Positions 44,528 through 58,418 of a DNA stretch of 64,000 bases are shown in pieces; the first letter of the stretch is position 1; each line of letters starts with the position of its first letter. The translations under genes and the position numbers were made by a program. The stretch is from Octopus sinensis. Its lineage: Eukaryota. Below the pieces are notes generated by a model. It did no database searches, had not been told where the DNA came from, and worked only from the letters and a program-made list of their open reading frames with translations. The stretch spans positions 29,512,001-29,576,000 of the forward strand of contig NC_043016.1 in assembly GCF_006345805.1 (NCBI RefSeq), given 5' to 3'.

Positions 44528-47500
44528 GGCTGCCATACTGTGAAATCACGGAAATTTGGTGCTCCATAAGTTGAAAAATTGTTTGTAATCTTTTCAGCCT
44601 TCTAAGGCCCGGTCTTTTCATTTCTATTGTTATCATTACATTTCTGAGATTTTCTGGACTGCGCAGATAGTACTTTTGTGTAGAAACACCTCTGTTTTGC
44701 AGGGAATGCACTACTATAATTTTTGAATTTTAAATGCTTTCAGCAAAAACAAATATTTTGCAATTTTCTGTAATTATATAAAGACGGCTGATAAAGAAGC
44801 CATCATAATGTTTGACAAAGGAATGCACTTCTTGTCAGGGAAAAAATGAGAACAAAGAAAGAATTGAGAATATGAATATCAACTGGTCAAAACTTTCAGT
44901 GTCAACAACGAGAACAACACCAGCAACCTGCAACAGCAGTAGCAGTGACAGCAACAACAAACATGCAAATATTGCCTCTGCATCTTTTGCGTCAGCAGTG
45001 GGAAATATGGAAAGTTTCCACATAGATGAAGAAGAATTAATATTGGCAAGAAAAATTGTAAAAGGAGATGGGAGAAGGGTAGATCTAAACCCTCCATCTG
45101 ATGTGATAAAAAATATCGTAAGACGCATGGTAACATATCGGTGCATTGGAGTCAAGTCTTGGCGAGTGGAAAATGCTCCTGTGAGTAAAGTACAAAAAGG
45201 CTTTGGGCGTGTGTGGGAACAAAAGACCCACATCACCCGAGGAAAGAAGTTTGGAACTATTGAGGTGAGATTTGAGCCTGAAGAAGAAGAAGCCAGGTGC
45301 AATTCCACGACCGCTTTGAGAAATGACAACTTTTTCTCAATCTCCAACAATCATGGCTAATGCCTTGCCAAGATTAGGGTGCTGAATGTGCTGTCAGAAA
45401 TATCCATTACCTGGTTAGTGGCAGCCGTCTTGGCAGGTTTAGAAGAAGACGAAATGACAATATTAGAGGTCAAGAAACTACCTTTCCAAAACTGGTTGGG
45501 TATAGGCATGGAACTGACCTTGCAATAGAAGGACCATATCGACCAGCTGCCCAATCTAATTGATCTCTTGGATGCTACTCACCTGTCAGTGAGCCAAGAT
45601 GTCACACATGTGGATCTGTAAATCACTTAAAAGCTTCCTGTCCTGAAACAAGGAAGAATAAAGTCCCACTGCTGCCAACATTACAAACACCATAAGCGCA
45701 AAACCATAAATAAGTGCTCAAGACTCCTTCACCTGCTCCCACATCCATGCTCACACCCACTCCCAAACCAAGACAAAGAAAGAGTCTGTCCCCGATTGCC
45801 ACAAAAAAGTAAGTTTCTCCTGAATGCTCTTCCTCCCAAATCAACATCAACTGCAATGACATGGAGAAAGAAGAGCTGAACGATCAATGGGTCACAATGA
45901 CAAAAGTGGGTAGGCGAAAGAGGAGGAGAGTATGTAGCCCTACTCCAAGAAATCAGCAAAAACTTATTTTGAAACCACAACTGCAACACACTTCACAACC
46001 ACTACAATAAGAACAAGATCAACAACTTCAAAAACAGCAACACCATCAACAACAGCATGAAATCACAGAAACAACCAATTACAGAACTTCAAAAGTATTT
46101 ATCAGACTGTAGATGAAATGTACCCATCAATTTCACTGTTGTGAACAAGTATAGCAGTAAATTGATGGATTTTGTAAATCAAAATAAAAACAAGGAAAGA
46201 ATTTGAGGATTTTATCCTCAAAACCTCCATGGACAGACTATCAATTAAAACATCGTCAGAAGTTTATAAAACTATAATAGAAAAATTCCCAGGAAGTGTG
46301 GTGATTTAAAAAAAAAAATCTGTTGATAAAAAGCTGTCGGAGGGCTTTTTAAAAAATTTTCGCCAGTAGAGAGGCCTGGAACTTTTGGGCTTCTTGAAAA
46401 TCAAGGTGAGTAATTTCCTCATTTTCTTTCTCCAACTAGCATCGCTGAAAATGGGGTGTGTGAATGTGCATGGCCTGGGACCAACTTGAAAGCAAGGTCA
46501 CTTGCTCAACAATCTCCAGTCACTTGATTTGGATATGGATTCCATTAGTGAAACAAGGATCTCTGGAAAACATGCTCTAGCATCTATTTTCAAGGACTAT
46601 GAGGTATTCTCATCTTGTGGTCTATCAGGTGTGAGTGGCAGTGTAGCAGTGCTACTCTGGAAATCCTTAGATCTCTAAGTATGGTCTTTCTGGACCCAGA
46701 TGGTAGGATGGTGATCCTGGACATGAATGGCAGTGAAGGTGGCACCTTTAGACTGGTGACAGTTTATGCCCCAACAAGGGCTGGAAAGCCAGATTTCTTC
46801 AGGCTTCTAGTAACATTTTTGGGTATATTTTGCACTTTAGTACTATAGGAGGTGTGGAATAGTATTTTGGACGCATGGAAGGACTGTGTGGGTTTAGTAC
46901 ATAATAGTAGGGGGTCTAGAAGCCCTAAAAACTTGCTCAGGACTTTCCCGTTTTCTGACAGGTATCGAATGGAATTTCATGATGTGACAGTGTGGACATG
47001 GAGCAACCACAGCGGGTCAGCCAGATCGAATTTAGATTGAGTATTTGTTAAGTCAGAGGATAGGGATAGCATAGGGTGTCCACAATTTAAATTGGCCAGC
47101 TACGCAGATCACAAATTTGTGATATGCTCAGTCGATTTAGATAAGACTTGTAGACAGGGACCTGGTTACTGGAAGTTGAATGCTTCCTTACTGGCTTGCA
47201 AAGACTACAGGGACTGGATTAATGAACTGTTAAGTGGACGTTGATAGGGGCTATCATCAACAACCACTGGTAGATCTCTCTGAAGAGAGTGATTAGATAG
47301 TGTTTAGCAAAGATTTAGCAATAGAAAGAAATAGATTAGAGGAAGAACTAGTTAGCAAACTAGAAGAGGCTGTTAGTAAAGGCATCAAGACCGACATGTT
47401 AGCAGCGAGAATGACCCTTGACCATTTCTTTAAGGTGAAACACAAAGGGTGTGTTATCAGAGATAAGGCCTGTGTGCTAAAACACAAAGGAACTAAAGCC

Positions 47501-48957
47501 ATCTGATGGACCTGAATGGTAGAGATGTGACGTGGAAACAAAATCATGATGAAGTCTTTGATGGATCAGGATGGACGTGTGCTACTTGGTTCTGATCAGA
47601 TGTGTGGGGCTTCCTAGCAGCTGTTTGGGGAAGGTGATGGGTTGATGACAGGAGTGAACTTTACTTTGTACCTAAACGGCCTACCATGGCTCTTGATGAT
47701 GAACACAAGATTCTGTGAAAAGTTAATTACAGCATCTGAAATACAGGAGGCAATGAGCGATTGCACAAGTCGCAGATCACCCAGTTTGGATGGTCTACCC
47801 TATGAATTCTATGTTTCCATGCCAGATTTGTTTGGCAGCCTCTTGGCAGATGTCTACAATAACTGGGAGCAGAGTGGGAGAATTCCTAGTGCTGTTAGCC
47901 GTGGTGTAGTAACACTGCTAAGAAAGGACACCGACAATAGGGAATTTTTGGCCCATGTCTCTGCTAAACACAGAAATTTTGGCTAAGGTGTTAGCGGAAA
48001 GGTTGGCATTTGTCATTGGTAGTTTGGTCAGGGAGACACAAACGTACACAATCCCAAGCAGGTCTATCCACCACAACCTTCACCTTATGCGATACATCAT
48101 AGAGAGGGCTAGGATTAAAACTGGTTTCAGTGGGGCCCTGTGAAAATGGCAAGAGTGGATGGTACAACTCTCAGTATAGGCCTGTGAATCAGAAGAAAGA
48201 AGTTGGAGAGGGCTCTCGTCCTCGGTATTCAGGGTGATCTTGGATGGAAGGGGTTCCTTGATTATCCCTAGAAGTCCTCCTGTATCAGGGGGATCCCATC
48301 AATATCACTTTTTCCCCCTCTTTTTCTAGTGTCATATACTATGTATACTTCACTTCTTCTATTGTATACCATGTATACTTTTTATTTTATCATTCCATGA
48401 ACATCGAAATAAATATCAATGGAAATAGTAGTTGTGATACCTGTGCCGGTGGCACATAAAAAGCACCATCCGTACGTGGCCGTTGCCAGCACCGCCTCGA
48501 CTGGCTTCTGTGCCGGTAGCACATAAAAAGCACCATCCGAACGTGGCCGATGCCAGCGCCGCCCCGACTGGCTTCTGTGTCAGTGGCACATAAAAAGCAC
48601 CATCCGAACGTGGCCGTTGCCAGCGCCACCTTGGCTGGCTTCCGTGCTGGTGGCACGTTAAAAGCTCCAACCGATCGTGGCCGATGCCGGACCCCCCCTG
48701 GCACCTGTGCAGGTGGCACGTAAAAAGCACCCACTACACTCGCGGAGTGGTTGGCGTTAGGAAGGGCATCCAGCTGTAGAAACTCTGCCAGATCAGACTG
48801 GAGCCTGGTGCAGCCCCTGTAGAAAACGGACGTTAAACGATGATGATGATGATGATGATGATGATTCCATTATATGTAAACCCCCATACGTTATGTCTGT
48901 CTTTGTATTGTCTCATTGTTCCTCTCATCTTTCGCCCTGATGACAAATAAAAGAAAT
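44528..48957 (+). mobile_element. Decayed Tx1/L1-like LINE copy 1 (ORF1 with CCHC knuckle; ORF2 APE + partial RT; internal deletion; 3' UTR)
   Basis: CHTCGSVNHLKASC at 45600-45641; ORF2 from ~46451 NVHGL…ISETR, VYAP, GYWKLNASLL, SPSLDGLPYEFY, ILAKVLAERL; many stops; RTE-derived insert 48399-48863 with TSD ATTCCAT. Confidence 0.88.
48399..48863 (+). mobile_element. RTE 3'-UTR-derived element with ~66-bp tandem units
   Basis: Four to five units, GTTAGGAAGGGCATCC motif, (GAT)n tail, 7-bp TSD ATTCCAT. Confidence 0.85.
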
Positions 48958-48979
48958 CATTACTATTATTATTGTTATT

Positions 48980-49485
48980 GAGTGAGAGAGCAGTTCATAC
49001 CATCAAAGTGACACTGGGGTAAAATATACGAAGCCCATTATACCCTCATGACTACCCGTCTAATAAGGGCACACCAGGCACATGCATCACAACCATATGT
49101 GCGCGACATGGTGATCTCATATCAAGATAAACAGCGCATGACCTTGCAGGTGGAGCCCAGTTAGAATTTTCTTTTAGTCAAGTAGCCCATCCCACTCAAA
49201 AGGCCCCTTAATAAGGATTGTTTAAGGATGTTGAATGAAACACCCATGTTTCCAGAGGTGAATTATTCAAACCCCAAAGAATCCCTCTCAACACATGGCT
49301 ATGATGCTCCCCCACTACTTATGCTCATGATCAGAGATGCACATATTGTCAGCCACTAAGGGACATGATCAACTGGTTAAAGTCAAACAACTGACAAGCA
49401 AATCTGTTGTATTGAGCAGAATATTTTCTGTAGCCTATCTTTTATACCAAGACAAAACAATGTACATGATAACACTTCCAATCAG

Positions 49486-49490
<5 letters not shown>
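48980..49490. mobile_element. Unclassified repeat family D, longer copy
   Basis: Matches 14736-15072; flanked by (ATT)n. Confidence 0.7.
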
Positions 49491-49516
<26 letters not shown>

Positions 49517-49519
49517 GTC

Positions 49520-49876
49520 ATTTACTTTTAATCTGCATGTTTGATGCAATCACTTGCCGGGGCACACCCAGCGCCCTAGGGCAAGTGAAGGTTAAGAGTT
49601 GTTGAAATATAGCTGAAAGCTTGGGGAGGGGAAGTAGAGAAATATCTCCATGTAATACAACACAAACATTTACATTGATAGTGTTTTTCTAAGGATGTGG
49701 GCAGTACTTGTTAGCACAATCTTTTGGATTTCTATGAGACATGGTTCTCCAGGGATATTGTCTAGGTGTTTCTGACATCCCTTTTTTATCATACCTAGGG
49801 CACCTACAATAACAGGAACAGTTTTTGTTTTAAGATTCCACATCTTTTGTATTTCGATTTCCAGGTCCTTATATTT

Positions 49877-49878
<2 letters not shown>
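49520..49878 (-). mobile_element. 3' fragment of an R4/Dong-like RLE LINE
   Basis: [32 protein letters not shown]…TAHILRKTLSM*; 3' end runs into (TAA)n. Confidence 0.8.
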
Positions 49879-49911
<33 letters not shown>

Positions 49912-50142
49912 AGGCAGTGAGCTGACAGAATCATTGCATGCCAGGCAAGATGCTTAGTGGTGGGTAAACTACTTAGTGGCAGGCAAAATGCTTTACATTC
50001 TGGGTTCAAATTCTGCCAAGGTTGACTTTGCCTTTTCATCCTTTTGGGGTTGATAAATTATGTACCAGTTGAGTACTGAGACCAATGCAATCAATTTAAT
50101 CCCTCCCCCAAAATTTCAGACCTTGAGCCTGTAGTAGAAAGG

Positions 50143-50186
<44 letters not shown>

Positions 50187-50190
50187 TACT

Positions 50191-53100
50191 GGTTTTCAAA
50201 GCAGAGGGACATGTCTTGAAGAGCAATAACACCACAAGCAACTGCAGCCGATGAGGACCCACAAACACTGAAGAGAGACTTACAAGACATTCCCCTTCCT
50301 GATCAAACTAACTTGGACAGTTTGAGTACTGATGGTGAGAAGAATGAATGGCATACAGTGCCTCCAAAAACGAAAAGAAAGAAAAGGAGCAGAAAAGATG
50401 GAGAGGTGCAAAGAAGCAGATATTTCCAACAGCAGCAACAACACGCACACACAACACCACCTTCACCAGCACTAACACCTCAAACACCAACACAAATTAC
50501 AGCACGCACAGACCCCACCAGCACTACGAACATCACAGCCATAAATCTAAACAATGAAGACCTGGTCACATTTCTGAAAGACAACACAAGACACCACAAT
50601 GGAAGACTTTCTTATCCCAACACACAACACGCCACCACCACCACCACCACACATACTAATTTTCAAGATCACACAACACAATTACAATACTTTTAAAACA
50701 AAATTTCCACAAGATGTTGGGTCACTTCAAAAAACATTCACCAAAAAAAAATATTTAAAAATCTTGTGGAAATACCCACACCAAAGCACAAGGGGTCACC
50801 CCACAGACAAGAATAGTACATAGAGCTTTTCTACTTTGTAAAAAAACTTTCAACATGGTTGTGCTCAGAATTGGTAGCATAAATGTCAGGGGCTTCAGGT
50901 TGCCTTGGAAACAAGGTCATCTCTTAAACAACCTGAGATCTTTCAGTGAGGATGTAGCAGCCATTAGTGAAACCAGGCCTTTCGACCCATGGGACCTCAC
51001 AGCCCTTTCTGGTGGATATGAGATTTTTCTATCTTTGTGTTGTCGAGGAGTGGGTGGTGGTGGTACTGTGGTGCTTTTCCGGAAAGGCCTGGGTCTGAAA
51101 ATAAAGGCAATCCAGAAGGTAAGTTAACGGTCCTGGTTGTGAACAGCAGTGGTGGCTGCTCTAAAAGGGGCAGGGGGGTGGATTATTTCAAGCATTTTGA
51201 GGTTTTCCTGGGAATGTCTTGCACTTTAGTGCTAGTAGGGGATTGGAATGCTGTCTTAGACAAACATTTTGATCACATGGGAGTGGGAGCATCTGATAGG
51301 AGAGGGGGATGCAAAAGCTTCACCAACCTGCTCAGACGCTTTCAACTGTCTGACAGATACCAACTAGATAACCCGAATGTACCAATGTGGGCTTGGACAA
51401 ACCGCATCAGGTCACACAGATCGTATCTAGATATAGAGTTTTCTGAGGCCAATGGATAAAGACAGTGTAGGGTGTCCACAATTTCATAGTCGGCTACACA
51501 GACCATAAATTCATGAACTGTATGGTTGACTTAGGTAAGCGGCATATACAGGGTCCTGTTTACTAGAAGGTGACGAGCTGGCAGAAATGTTAGCATGCCA
51601 GGCAAAATGCTTAGTTGTATAACATCTGCTGCCACGTTCTGAGTTCAAATTCCGCCGAGGTCGACTTTGCCTTTCATCCTTTCGGGGGCGATTAAATAAG
51701 TACCAGTTATGCATTGGGGTCAATATAATCGACTTAATCTGTTTGTCTCTCCTTGTTTGTCCCCTCTGTGCGCAGCCCCTTGTGGGCAGTAAAGAAATAA
51801 GAAGCTTAACACATCATTACTGGCGTGCAAAGCTTGCAAAGACCAGATTAGTATGCATTGACAGGGGTAATTGTCAACAACAACTGGTGGTTTGGTCTTA
51901 GAATAGAATCAATTAGGTTTAGTAAGACATTAGCTATAGAAATAAATAAAATAGAGGGAGATGTGGTGCTTAGGACAGGCATTGCGACTGACTTGTTGGT
52001 GGCAAGGTTGGCCCTAGACCAACACTTCGGTGCCAAACATGGAGGCTACATTGTCAGAGCTAAGCCACATTCAGTAAGCAGGGAGGGGACTAAAGCCATT
52101 TGATGGGCCTGATTGGCAGAGGCTAAATGTGGCAACAAAGCCAGCATTTGGTCTTTGGTGGACCAGAATGGGTGTGTGGTGTTCAAACCAAAGTAGATGT
52201 ATGTGGCCTTGCTGCAGCACTTTACTCAACTGTTTGGGACAAATGGTAGGACAGATAATGGGGCAGATTTTGGTGTGTACCTGGACGGCCTGCTGTGACT
52301 CTCAGTAAATGAGGCAGAGTGCGAAAGACCTGGGAAGTACAGGAAGCTATGAAAAACTGCATGAGAGGCAGATCACTGGGTTTGGATGGTCTGCCCTATG
52401 AGCTTTATATTTTAGTGCCAGACTTGTTTTGCGGGCCTCTTAGTAGACATCTACCGCAACTGGCAACAAAGCCGAAGAATTCCAGCTTTTGTTTGTCAAG
52501 GAGTGGTGACACTGCTGAGAAAGGACCCAATCAAGGGGGACATTATAGAAAATTTCAGGCCCATCACTCTGCTCAATGCAGAGTTGAAGATTTTTGTCAA
52601 GGTGTTAGTCAAGAGGTTGGTGCTTGTCATGGACAAGCTGATTGGCAAGGTGCAAACATGTGCCATCCCAACCAGGTCTATTAGTGACAACCTTCACCTT
52701 ATGCACTACATCATAGAAAGGATGGGTAATGAAGCTGGCACGGGTGAGGCTTTGATCAATTTTGATAAGTCTAAAGCCCTTGATACAGTTGACCATTGAT
52801 ACTTCGCAAGGCAGCTGGTTTTGGTCCAGTCTTCCATGGGTGGTTCACTGTTTTGTACAGCAGCATCTGCTCGGTTATATGGGTGAACGGTCACCTGTCA
52901 GAGCTGTTCAGCATCTTGTGCTCGGTCTGCCAAGGATGCATTTTCTCCTCCCTTCTCTATGAATTGTCTCTCGAGCCATTACTGTGGAAGTTGGAGGCAT
53001 TGAGGTGTGTCCTCCATAATCTAGGGTGTGTGTGAAGAGCATGTCTGCTGATGCCGATGACATCACCATGATAGTGTTGAACCAAAGGCATATCGACCTA

Positions 53101-53245
53101 ATTGGAGACACACTAAACGAATATGAAGTGGTGACAGGAGCCAAAATTAACATGGAAAAAGTCGGTGGGCTTGCAACTCAGCACTTGGAGAGGCAAGTCC
53201 ATGCCATCCAAGAGTGTCATGGGATGCTGGACAGATGGGCTGGTT
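50191..53245 (+). mobile_element. Decayed Tx1/L1-like LINE copy 2 (ORF1 remnant; ORF2 APE-RT) with nested SINE B at 51569-51799
   Basis: MVVLRIGSINVRGF…ISETR (50855), LVGDWN, GLDGLPYELY, NFRPITLLNAELK, DKSKALDTVDH, QGCIFSSLLY, ADDIT. Confidence 0.9.
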
Positions 53246-53719
53246 AAATTGACTGGATCCAGCCTTTCACACGTACCCTGCAATGTCATTCTAAAATTAA
53301 ACAACCACATCATTGAAATCTCAAAGGAACAGTATAATGCATGATTGATTCAAAACAATGTGAATAAGTAAGAATTACATTTGACAGAATAATTTGAATG
53401 CTAAAGAGTTAATCACAACCAACGCCAATACGTCCACAATCACTACCAGCACAACCAACTTTAGCAACAAGAACAAAAGCTTAATCCCTTCAATCACTTT
53501 GTCCAATGTATTGGACAATTTTTCAGCATAAATTGTAAAAGAAATATAAATTATAATTAAGTTGAGTCACATATCGATTCATCAGACATCTCTAAAACAC
53601 ATATATAACCAAAACCACGTGATTCTGACTTAGTGTTTACTTACAAGTCATAGAAGATGGCTGCGTCTTCCTATAAATCTCACAGATGTAAGTAAATTGG
53701 TAATCTTTTTTTTTACCTA

Positions 53720-54113
53720 GGTGTAGGAGTGGGTGTGTAGTAAGTAGCTTGCTTACGAACCACATGGTTCCGGGTTCAGTCCCACTGCGTGGCACTTTGG
53801 GCAAGTATCTTCTTCTATTGCCTCGGGCCGACCAAAGCCTTGTGAGTGGATTTGGTAGACGGAAACTGAAAGAGGCCCGTCATGTATATGTATATATATA
53901 TGTGTGTGTGTGTGTGTATGTCTGTGTTGCACCCCCAACATTGCTTGACAACTGATGCTGGTGTGTTTACGTCCCCGTAACTTAGCGGTTCGGCAAAAGA
54001 GACCGATAGAATAAGTACTAGGTTTACAAAGAATAAGTCCTGGGGTTGATTTGCTCGACTAAAGGCAGTGCTCCAGCATGGCCACAGTCACATGACTGAA
54101 ACAAGTAAAAGAG
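53720..54113 (+). mobile_element. SINE family A, full-length
   Basis: A and B boxes, core, internal microsatellite, tail; inverted copy at 54930-55323. Confidence 0.88.
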
Positions 54114-55899
54114 TAGTGTTAGCAAAATTTTTATTTATTATTTATCCATGCCTAAAATTAAGCAATTTGAATATTGAATTCTTTAAAAATTTATTCAATA
54201 TGTGTTAGTTACCTGTATTTTGGTATAAATAAAAAAAATTAAAATTAAAAAGTAGTTTTACTTTTTGATCCGTGACTGAATGGGGTTAAACAATACCATG
54301 AAAAGCTATCTAGAGTTTGGCAGCACTGAGTCTTAATAAAACAAACAATTGTGGAAGAGGAAGGTCAGAAAAGAATGCCAAAATAGATGATATAAGGACT
54401 ATTGGATCTGTTTCCTCCAATGAAATACACATTAAGATGAACTTTGTGTAGTTCATAGTAAAGAATTGGTGTGGGGTGGGGTGGAGACCGAGCAAGACAT
54501 GAGAATATGTGGACTTTGTCACTTGCTCCAAATACAGCAGTGAAGGTAAGATTCCATTTAGAAATTACAAGCAAAGAGGTACTCTGCTGTTATCATCATC
54601 TTCATCATCATTTAACATACATCTGTCTTTGATGCTGGCAAAGATTGGACAGCTTGAGATGATCCAATGAACAGGAATACATCAAATTCTGGTGTCTGCT
54701 TTGTCATGGGTTTCTCTGGTTGGCTGCCCTTCCTGATGCCAACAACTTTACAAAATGTACTGGAACCAATAATGTCAACAAGTAACTTACAAGACAAGAC
54801 CCTCTCAACTGAGAGGGTGTACAATTGAGGAAGGTGGCCTTGAGCCAGGTGATGAAACATTAAAGTATAACAGATGGACAGAAACAGGTGTCTTGTTTTG
54901 TCATGATTTCTACAGCTGGATACTCTTTTTTTACACTTTTACTTAATTCAGTCATTTGACTGTGGCCATGCTGGAGCACCCCCTTTAGTCGAGCAAATCG
55001 ACCCCAGGACTTATTCTTTCCTAGTACTTATTCTATTGGTTTCTTTTGCCGAACCACTATGTTATGGGGACGTAAACACACCAGCATCAGTTGTCAAGCG
55101 ATGTTGGGGGAACAAACACAGAAACACAAACGCACACACACACACATATATATATATATACATATATATGACGGGCTTCTTTTCAGTTTCCGTCTACCAA
55201 ATCCACTCATAAGGCTTTAGGCTATAGTAGAAGACACTTGCCCAAGGTGCCACGCAGTGGGACTGAACCCAAAACCATGTAGTTGGTAAGCAAGCTACTT
55301 ACCACTCAGCCACTCCTGCACCTATTTTATACCTGCCAACAATTTTACACAGTGTAATCTTTTTTTTTTTTACAATATAGGTACTACTGAGTTTAGCACG
55401 TAACTCATGAGACAAAGGAGAAACCCCACTTAAGGTCTGTAGTGAAGGAGGAGATGGCTTTGTGTCAGGTGTTGAGAGACTAAATTAGATAGAGAAACAT
55501 GTAGAGATGTGTTGTCATAGAGGAGATAGAGGATGGCTGTCCCACAATTTATAAGAGTGGGTGGGGAGTAGCTGGAAAGAAGACAGTGATGATGGTGGTA
55601 AGGTGTCAGAATGTACTTTAAGATACAAAAAGTTAAGTAGAAGAGAGCATACAGATAATAATAAAAAAAAAATTGGAGAGTGGTGTGGATAAGTTCATTG
55701 AGTGTGAGTGAAGAGTGACAAATGGTTAGAGATGGGAGGAGAAGTGAATGTAATGAATGAAACTAGGTTAGAGGTGTGATGGATGGTAAATATCAGTTTG
55801 GGAAGGGGGAGGGTAAAAGAAGTAGCTCAGGAAGGAAGAGGTTATAAGTGGCAATAGAGGAAGGATGGAGAGTAGCGGTATAATAAATTTGTAGATAAT

Positions 55900-56325
55900 A
55901 CAGTTCTATATTTAAGAGATGAGGAATTATTTGTCCTCATCTTGTTTGTTGTTAACACATTTTGGCTTCTCTTTCTCCTTCTTGAGGTCACTGTCTGGAA
56001 TCGAACTCGGAATCTTGGGGTTAGTAGCCCACACTCTTGACCACTACGCCATATGGAGTTAATTTTAGGGCTTATAAATCTAATATTTTTCTATCTTTCC
56101 TTAATACCGGTTCCCATATGCTGCTCATATCTTCACTCAGTCTGCTTAGGAGGTTGTTGTGTCCTAGCATGTGTACTGCTTCTTTTAGTTTTCGTATTTT
56201 CCAGTGGTGTTCTCCGTCTATTATTTTAACTTCATCCCACAGGGGGAGGTGGTTTCCATTTTTCCATACATGATCAGCTATACCCAAATTATCAATATCT
56301 CCTCATGTCACAGCTTTGCAGTGTA
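55900..56325 (-). mobile_element. Penelope-like element 3' end: GIY-YIG C-terminus, tRNA-like module and deleted pLTR
   Basis: ORF 56072-56287 IADHVWKNGNHLPLWDEVKIIDGEHHWKIRKLKEAVHM; downstream sequence shared with 20888-21261. Confidence 0.75.
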
Positions 56326-58418
56326 AATCTGTAGATATCAGAAAATATAAAAAAAAGGACATGATATGCAGGGTGGGAACGGTGGTGTTGAGATATCCAC
56401 CCAAGGTACTATAGTGAGTGGGATGATGGAGGGGGGGGGGTAGCCTTTTATTTCCTTGCGTTTTGGATATATGATTTAACGAAGTGGGGGTAAAACAATG
56501 TATTCACACAGCGTACTTCGATTACTGCTATATGAGACTCCAAATGCCCTCTACTGTCTCATGAGATGTATTACTCTTTATAAGAGTCCAGTGAGTTCAT
56601 CTTAACATCCTAGAGGAGTGTTACTGTCTATCACCACAACAAGGCCATTGAGGGAAGATTTGAGAGTGTGTCGAGAATGATAGTTGATACAAGAAGGTGT
56701 CAGAGATGGGATCTGGCAGTCCTACAAGGTATCTTTAGATGGAAGAGAGAGATAACATGAGGCAAAGAAAAAGATTAGTGGAAAATAAAGCGAAAAATGG
56801 ATGATATTGAAAATGAGAGATGGATGTTAAAAGGAAGTGGTTACAGGGAGAGAAGAAGGCAACAAGTAGCATAAAGGGGAACGAAACATGTGCAGATTCT
56901 GTTGTCATATGATTACAGCAGCTGGATGATAGTGCCATTGTTAGAAGAGTGATGGAGGGATAGGTGTTATGAAGGTGAGAGGTATGAAAGGCTTGATGGG
57001 GACGATTGGGTGCAGGAACAGGGCCCTGTGAGTGTATAGACATAAACATAATGCTTTTATGATTGTGATTTTATAAAGATGAACAGATTTTGAGCACAGC
57101 AAATCACCAGTCATCTTGGTCCTTTTGTTGTCTCCTCCATAAGGTTCTGTGTTGGAGTGATTGGTTCACTCACATTGCCATGAACATGGATCAACATGAA
57201 TAGAAAAATGTGGATGAGGAACATATTGTTGGAAATAAACAAATGACGACAATAGTCTTTCAGGTATCCCTTCCTCCTCAAAACAACACAAACACACTCA
57301 CCCATACGCACACATACATGTAAAAATACAAACACACACACACACACACATGTATAAACACAAACCTGCACCCGCTCTCATACAAGGATGTAACTTAGCC
57401 TTTCTCCGACTCCCTGTTAGAGGGACAATGATTTGAGAGGCAAAGAATGAGCAACATCAGATACTCAAGAACCTGAAGGGTTAGAGTGGCAGAGTCAAGA
57501 GGAGGAGAGATGTTGCAAAATGCTACCTACTATAACAAGAACAACAACTACAACAACGAATTTGGCAACATCGACAACAATAACAGCAATGTTTTCACTA
57601 TTTATCATTACTCTGCTTCTCAAATACATTCATAATAATGACAGCATATCTGAGGAGATGTGTAAATAAGGTGACAATCTCTGACATGACATCAAAATTG
57701 CACATGAAAAAAAGTATACTATGAAATTGTATGAGCATCATGAAATAATCCGTATAAAACGGCTTCACACCCCATCCCCGTCCCCCTCAAAGAACTAGGC
57801 AGTACCAAAATAAAAAAAAGGGTGGCAATTCACATCTGAGAGTTTCCCCAGAGGATTCCCAACGTCATCTTCATGGAAAATAGGGTACTCATTAAAGTTG
57901 TGGAAGCAACCAGGAGGGCAAATAGGCAGGAAAGTCTCTTTGCAGTCAAACGTCACAACCACAATGATGAGAGCAACAGAACAGAACCAGTAGAAGAAAT
58001 TGTTCAAGACAATGAAGGCTCACAAGAGTGCCCTCCCCTCCCAAATCGAGCATTAGCGTCAATACTAACACCAACATGAGCGACACAAACACATCTGTCA
58101 AACAGTTTTTGTCATCTCTGATTTCCCTGCAAAGGAGGAAGAGGAGGAGGAGGAGGAGGAGGAGACTGGAACATGATAAGTTGTCTTCAATGTGTGGGAG
58201 GGGGGAGAAAGAAAAGACCACATGGCTTCACTACAAAATATAAAAATAAAAATTAGAAAAGTGGATTGAAGTCATAAAGAAAGCCATCATCATCATCATC
58301 ATCATCATCATGTAACATCTTTCAGGTATCCCTTCCTCCTCAAAACAACACAAACACACTCACACATACACACACATACATGTAAAAATACACACACACA
58401 CACACACACGCATATATA

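Noticed and set aside
57800-58090. Possible exon of a second gene (MENRVLIKVVEATRRANRQ…)
   Set aside because: No convincing splice sites or homology; may be a decayed retroelement ORF.
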